The position numbers and the translations under genes are program-made. A DNA stretch of 64,000 bases from Methanomassiliicoccaceae archaeon (GTDB lineage Archaea > Thermoplasmatota > Thermoplasmata > Methanomassiliicoccales > UBA472), in assembly GCA_963806355.1 (NCBI GenBank), contig CAWDXN010000002.1, forward strand, positions 51,326-115,325, written 5' to 3'. Within the stretch, counting starts at the first letter, position 1, and every line of letters starts with the position of its first letter. The notes beneath the pieces were generated by a model that was not told where the DNA came from, did not search any database, and was given only the letters and a program-made list of their open reading frames with translations. Below, piece by piece: positions 59,228 through 64,000 of the stretch.

Positions 59228-60073
59228 CACACCACCTCCAATATGCCCAGGCCCTTGAGGACCATGAGGACCGCCACCGCGAGGAGCAGGACCCCGAATA
59301 TGGTGCGGATGGAACCGCCATCCGCCACATTGGTCAACCTGGAGCCCACCACGGCGCCGCACAGCACGCCCATGGCGGTCAGCCCCGCCAGGATCGGGTC
59401 CAGATAGCCGTAGCGGACATAGATTATCGCCCCGGCCAGGGCGGTGACGCCGATCATGAAGTTGCTCGTCGCCGTGGCCGCCTTCATGGGCACGCACATG
59501 CAGGCGTTCATGACCGGCACCTTGATGACGCCGCCCGCCCACCCCGAGCAGCCCGGACAGGCCTCCCGCCGCCAAACTGGCCAGCAACCCGGTGCGATAG
59601 CGTTTGACGCCGTAGCAGACCTCCTCCCCGTTCTTTTGGTCGACGTAGGTGCAGGAGAGGTCGAGGAGCTGCGATTCCGCCTCCAGCTCCTCCGGGCGGT
59701 ACACCTTCTCCTTCCGGGTGAGCATGTGGTAGGCGCCATAGACCAGGACGATGGAGAACAGGATGGCCAGCAGGTCCTGGTCCAGGTAGACGGCCACCAG
59801 GGCGCCGATGATGGCCCCGGTGGTGGTGGCCGTCTCCAGCAGCATGCCCAGGCGGACGTTGACGTAGCCTTGCTTGACGTAGCGCACCGCCGCCCCGGTG
59901 GAGGAGGCGATCACCCCCATGAGGCTGGCGCCGATGGCCTCCTGCATGCCGAAGCCCAGGGCAAGGGTGAGCCCGGGTATGACGATGATGCCGCCCCCCA
60001 GGCCCAGGAGCGCGCCCAGCACCCCTGCCACCAAGGCCACCACCAGAATGCCCAGCGCCGTCATCGGGTCCAT
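59227..60073 (-). CDS. TauE/SafE (TSUP, DUF81) anion/sulfite exporter-family permease; one frame break near 59540
   Basis: Motifs: GALLGLGGGIIVIPGL and the second repeat SGLLGVGGGVIKVPVMN. The C-terminus is in ORF 59227-59739. Confidence 0.8.
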
Positions 60074-60151
60074 ATGAACGGGGCATTATGGCCGGGGCGG
60101 GTATTAACGCTTCTAGTGCGGGAAACATGAAATAGGGGCGGGGTTTAATCC

Positions 60152-61018
60152 GTGCCCATGGACGTCATACTGGTGCGTTACGCCGAGGTCGGCCTCAAGT
60201 CCCGGGGAGTGCGCACCAGGTTCGAGAAGGTCCTGATGGACAACATGCTCACGCTGCTGGCCCGCGACGGCATCGAGGCGTTGGTGCGCTGCGACCAAGG
60301 GCGCATCTATGTGGAGACGGGCCAGGTGGAGCGAGCTTGCGCCACGCTGCGCCGGGTCTTCGGCATCGCCTCGGTCAGCCCGGCCTGGTCCTCCGCCAGC
60401 GACATGGGCACCATGCGCGAGCGCGTGGCCGCCATCGCCTCCACCGCCCTGGCCGACGGCTCCACCTTCAAGATCGAGGCCAGACGCACCGGCACGCACC
60501 CTTATACCAGCATGGACGCCGCCCGCTCCCTGGGCGAGGCGGTCCTGATGGCCCACGAGGGCCGGGGGGTGAAGGTGGACATCCACCGTCCGGACCGCAT
60601 AATCTGGGTGGAGATCCGCGACGACAAGGCCTTCATGTTCACCGATTACCTGGAGGGGCCGGCCGGCCTGCCCATGGGCAGCCAAGGTCGGGTGCTGGCC
60701 CTGCTGGAGAGGGACCGGGACGCGGTCGCGGCCTGGCTCATCATGAAACGGGGCTGCAAGGTCATCGCCCTGGTGGGCGGCGAGAGCGAGGCCCTTCAAG
60801 CGGTCCGCCGCTGGGACCCGGAGATGAGGGCCGAGCCCAAAGGGGACCTGGAGCAGCAGCTGCGCTTCCACCGCGCCTCCGCGCTGGTGCTCGGATATGG
60901 CATCGAGGACATGGAGCTGATCAGGCAGGTGAAGGTCAACGCCCCGGTCTTCTATCCCATCGTGGGCATGTCCCCCGAGGAGATAGCGGAAAGGTTCGCC
61001 AAGATATCCAAGGCCTGA
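60152..61018 (+). CDS. ThiI-like THUMP-domain protein with a degenerate PP-loop
   Basis: N-terminus ILVRYAEVGLKSRGVRTRFEKVL, THUMP region FKIEARRTG. Where ThiI has LLSGGxDS, this protein reads LLERDRDAVAAWLIMKRG. It is only 288 aa. Confidence 0.65.
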   Translation: MPMDVILVRYAEVGLKSRGVRTRFEKVLMDNMLTLLARDGIEALVRCDQGRIYVETGQVERACATLRRVFGIASVSPAWSSASDMGTMRERVAAIASTALADGSTFKIEARRTGTHPYTSMDAARSLGEAVLMAHEGRGVKVDIHRPDRIIWVEIRDDKAFMFTDYLEGPAGLPMGSQGRVLALLERDRDAVAAWLIMKRGCKVIALVGGESEALQAVRRWDPEMRAEPKGDLEQQLRFHRASALVLGYGIEDMELIRQVKVNAPVFYPIVGMSPEEIAERFAKISKA

Positions 61019-61046
61019 ACCGCTGGTCGATCATTCGTTTTATATA

Positions 61047-61088
61047 GAAAAAACAAGGAAGGGACCTGCGCGGACGCAGGCCATTTTG
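61047..61088. terminator. Candidate bidirectional terminator between convergent genes
   Basis: The hairpin CCTGCG-CGGA-CGCAGG (61065-61080) is flanked by TTTT on the plus strand (61084-61087) and by a T6 run on the minus strand (61047-61054). Confidence 0.4.
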
Positions 61089-61111
61089 GTAAAGGAAAAG
61101 AGGTTTGCGCC

Positions 61112-61759
61112 TTACTTGTTGTGGTGCTTGTTCGCAGCGCCGGAGGGCCGGGCGTTCTCCGAGCCCTTGCCCTTCCAGAGCAGACCGCGCGCCCTCTGAC
61201 CGGCAGAGGTCTTGCCGCGGTAGACACGGCCCTTGTTGGCGTTGTTGCAGATCCAGTTGATGCGGGGGTCGGCCTTGATCACGGGGTGGTGCTTGTCCAC
61301 CATGATGATCTCGTACCAGACGTTCCTGCCGTCCTGTCCCACCCAGTAGGAGTTCAGGATCTCCAGGTTCGGGTAGCGCTTCGCCGCCCTCTCCTCGCAG
61401 ATCCACTGCAGGTTCTTGCCCATGGTGAGGCGGTTGATACCCTTACGCTTGGCGCGGCGACCTTTCCAGCGCATCTTGCGCCTCTGCAGGGAGCCCTTGC
61501 GCACATGGCCACGCACGATGACGTAGCCCTGCTTGGCCTTGTAGCCGAGGGAGCGGGCGCGGTCCAGGCGGGTGGGCCTCTCGACCCTCAGGAAGTTGGG
61601 CTCGCGGCGCCATTGGATCATGCGCTCGAACATAAGGTCGTCGACATAGGTCTTAGAAGGCTTGTTCCAGGCCTCGGCGATGTACTTGTACATGCTCTTG
61701 CCGGAAGGGTGCCTGACCTCCTCATCGGAGGTCTTGTCAGCTTGTGGTTTCTGGTCCAT
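61112..61759 (-). CDS. rpl15e: 50S ribosomal protein L15e
   Basis: Motifs: [47 protein letters not shown]. The true start may be the Met at 61693. Confidence 0.92.
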   Translation of the reverse strand: MDQKPQADKTSDEEVRHPSGKSMYKYIAEAWNKPSKTYVDDLMFERMIQWRREPNFLRVERPTRLDRARSLGYKAKQGYVIVRGHVRKGSLQRRKMRWKGRRAKRKGINRLTMGKNLQWICEERAAKRYPNLEILNSYWVGQDGRNVWYEIIMVDKHHPVIKADPRINWICNNANKGRVYRGKTSAGQRARGLLWKGKGSENARPSGAANKHHNK

Positions 61760-61909
61760 GTGTTATCACCGTCAGCCCTTGTTGCGGGGCGGGCAGGGAT
61801 TCACCCCTTGCGGGGCACATCTCCTACGAGACCGACCGTCTCGTCACGTTCCCTGCGCAGTAACAAGGCTCTATATAAAATCTGCTCAGGTCCGGGGCCT
61901 TCGCGGCGC

Positions 61910-64000
61910 TCAGAAATAATCGTCCAGGGTCTGCTTCTTGTCGGTCCTCTTCACTTCCTTCCGGACCGGGGGCGGGGGGCGTCCATCGCTCTGGAAGTTG
62001 CCGTCGAACAGGTTGGCCTGGGTGTTGCCGGCGATGAGGCTGCGCTCGTCCAGCCCATAGACCTCCGTCACTCGCGACACCGTCTGCGCCACCCGCTCCG
62101 CGTAGTAGCGCCAGTCCGGGGTCCCCTCGAACGGCCTCCCCTCTATCCAGGGCACCACCTCCTGCGGGGTCCGCTTGGAGTTGGTGACGATCCAGGAGAC
62201 CTTCATGCCCGGCACGAACTCGTAGCCCATGGCCATGAGCTTCCGCGCCGTCTGCACCGTCGCCTGGGAGTCGGGGTTGGCGTAGGTGTTGAACGGCTTG
62301 CAGCCCTTGGAGATGACCAGCTTCTCGATCGGCACCTTGCCCTGCAGCGTCTCCGCCACGGCGCTGCGGGCGATCTTGACCGCCTCGTCCCGTCTTCTCG
62401 TCCAGCACCTTGTCGAACACCGCCATCAGCGTCTCCGACTGCAGGTCGAAGGCGTCGGTGCGCCGGATCTCGTAGCCGCGGATGACCAGCTCCTGCTTCG
62501 GCCAGACCATGCGGCCGACGTAGCGCTTCTTCTTGCCGTGGGAGAACAGCGGCTCCATGATCTTCTCGAACTCCAGCTGCCGCCCTCCTTGGAGAATCGC
62601 TCCGCCAGGTCGGTGCCGAACTTCGCCGCCCTCCAGGTCCCGGTCGGGCGACTGCACGAATATCGAGTCCGTGTCGGAGTAGATGACCTTCTGGCCCTCC
62701 CCCTCCAAGCTGTGGATGATGCCCTTGGTCGTCTCCCTGGCGAAGGCGGTGATGGAGGAGCCGATGTTGCGGTCGGTGAACCGGTAGAACGAGGAGGCGA
62801 ACACCCCGTAGAAGGAGTTCATGAGGATCTTGATGGCCTGCTGCAGACCGTCGTAGTAGCGCCTGCTCGTCCGCGTCCTTGGCCTTCGTCTGCGCCTTGG
62901 TGTCGTCCCGCTCCTTCATCAGGTCGGACCAGGATGTTGGGGAGCAGGCCCTCGCGCTGCTCCTTGTCCAGGAAGTGGACGCCGGTCGGGGCTGACGATG
63001 GTGCCCTGTCGGGCTGAGCGTGGTGAAGCAGATGTTCTTGGCGATGATGAGCGAGGGGTACATCGACTTGAAGTCCAGCACGCAGACCCAGTGGTACAGG
63101 CCCGGCTCGATCTCGTGCACGTAGCCGCCCTCGATGGCCTCCTCGTCGTCCGAAGTTGCCGGTCATCGGCACGCCCACCCGCGGAACGGTCCGCCTCCCG
63201 GATCAGGATGGAGTCGATGAGCAGGGAGGAACGGCCCTTCAGGACGTCGTCCAGGGGCAGCTTGGACACGGTCGCCAGGTCCATGACCTTCCTCACCCGC
63301 TCCAGCTTGTTGAGGATGCGCAGCGCCAGCTCGGCGTCGCGCTTGCAGTAGTGCAGCACCTTGCCCTCGTCCTTGGCCCATTCCTCGTCCATGTGCCTCG
63401 GGTCGACGTCCAGCTTCGTCTCCTCGCCCAGCAGTAGCTTGGAGACGGCGTTCAGCGTCTCCTGCTTCGGCCGCAGGTCCATCTTCACCGCCCACCAGGT
63501 GTCCATGATCATCCGCCCGGTGACGTTCCAGATGGGCTTGTTGTACTTCTGGTCCCGCCTGCCCTCCAGCAGCGAACCGTCCCGCCCCCAGCTCAGCGGC
63601 ACCCGCAGCTCGTTGGCGCGCTTCTCCACCACCCGGAGGTCGTAGCCCTCGATGTTGTAGCCGGTGATGACGTCCGGGTCCTGCTCCTGGATGAACTGGG
63701 TGAAGTCCTCCAGGATCTTCCTCTCCCCGCCTTTGAAGGAGCCGCTGGCCACCATCCTGCCCTCGGCCTGGAGCACGTAGCAGATGGTGAGGATGCGCTT
63801 GTTGAAGAAGTCGTCGCTGGTGGCCTCGGTCTCCTCCTCCACATCGTCCACCAGGACCTCCTTTCCGCTGATGTCCTTGAGGCTGTTCTCAATGTCGAAG
63901 GAGAGGACGCGCAGGTCGGGGTTGAAGGCGTTCGATCCTCTCCCACCGCTCCAGATCGACCACGAGCTTGGTGCTGTAGTTGCCTTTCGCCTCCTTGCCA
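61910..64000 (-). CDS. polB: Family-B DNA polymerase (PolB); N-terminus lies beyond the window; about 9-10 frame breaks
   Basis: Exo I LSFDIEN, Exo II ITGYNIEGYDL, Exo III YCKRDAELA, motif A VLDFKSMYPSLI, motif B ILMNSFYG, motif C VIYSDTDS, KKKRY. C-terminus ends ...KQTLDDYF. The pieces are spread over ORFs 62919-63851, 62203-63120, 62819-63178, 61824-62822 and 61910-62359. Confidence 0.9.

Noticed and set aside
61038-61047. The plus-strand TTTTATATAG between the ThiI-like gene and rpl15e as a promoter for an RNA antisense to rpl15e.
   Set aside because: It lies inside the AT-rich flank of a hairpin between convergent genes, which is better explained as a bidirectional terminator. No plus-strand gene follows it.

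Overview
GC-rich (by eye, not computed), gene-dense archaeal chromosomal segment. I count about 62 protein genes and 2 tRNAs. I saw no rRNA, CRISPR array, transposase or integrase. Archaeal identity rests on Nop5, fibrillarin, aIF5A, ribosomal proteins S15 and L15e, Kae1, a family-B DNA polymerase, SMC-ScpA-ScpB, an Sm protein, and AT-rich TATA-type promoters in short spacers. A Thermoplasmata or Methanomassiliicoccales-like euryarchaeon is my guess only. Gene blocks in order: glycosyltransferase and flippase; smc-scpA-scpB; Sm protein; NDP-sugar and hexosamine genes; an ABC importer with a fused permease, two ATPases and a DUF47 gene; M32 peptidase, aIF5A and Nop5; an MtnA-like isomerase with a class II aldolase; a more AT-rich accessory stretch (21-26.6 kb) ending at tRNA-Val; Kae1; S15 with a RecJ-like gene; fibrillarin; an RPH-like kinase pair; IMPase, NAD kinase and JAMM; GlmU-like and GlmM; a polyphosphate operon (PPK1, CHAD-metallophosphoesterase-HD, Ppx/GppA); tRNA-Leu; lipocalin; a lipid-linked glycosylation cluster; arylsulfatase; CbiZ; TauE with DUF1634; a ThiI-like protein; L15e; PolB. 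The dominant non-gene signal is that the sequence carries roughly 80-90 single-base frame breaks (hand count). They are mostly +1, clustered in patches, and hit core genes, so I read them as insertion-type sequence error rather than gene decay. Many ORF-track entries are therefore fragments of one gene, and coordinates below span the reconstructed genes. The best candidates for new biology are the translationally coupled polyphosphate operon with its unusual CHAD + metallophosphoesterase + HD fusion, and a rifampicin-phosphotransferase-like kinase coupled to an unknown beta-rich protein. Several small uncharacterised operons and non-coding stretches are also flagged.
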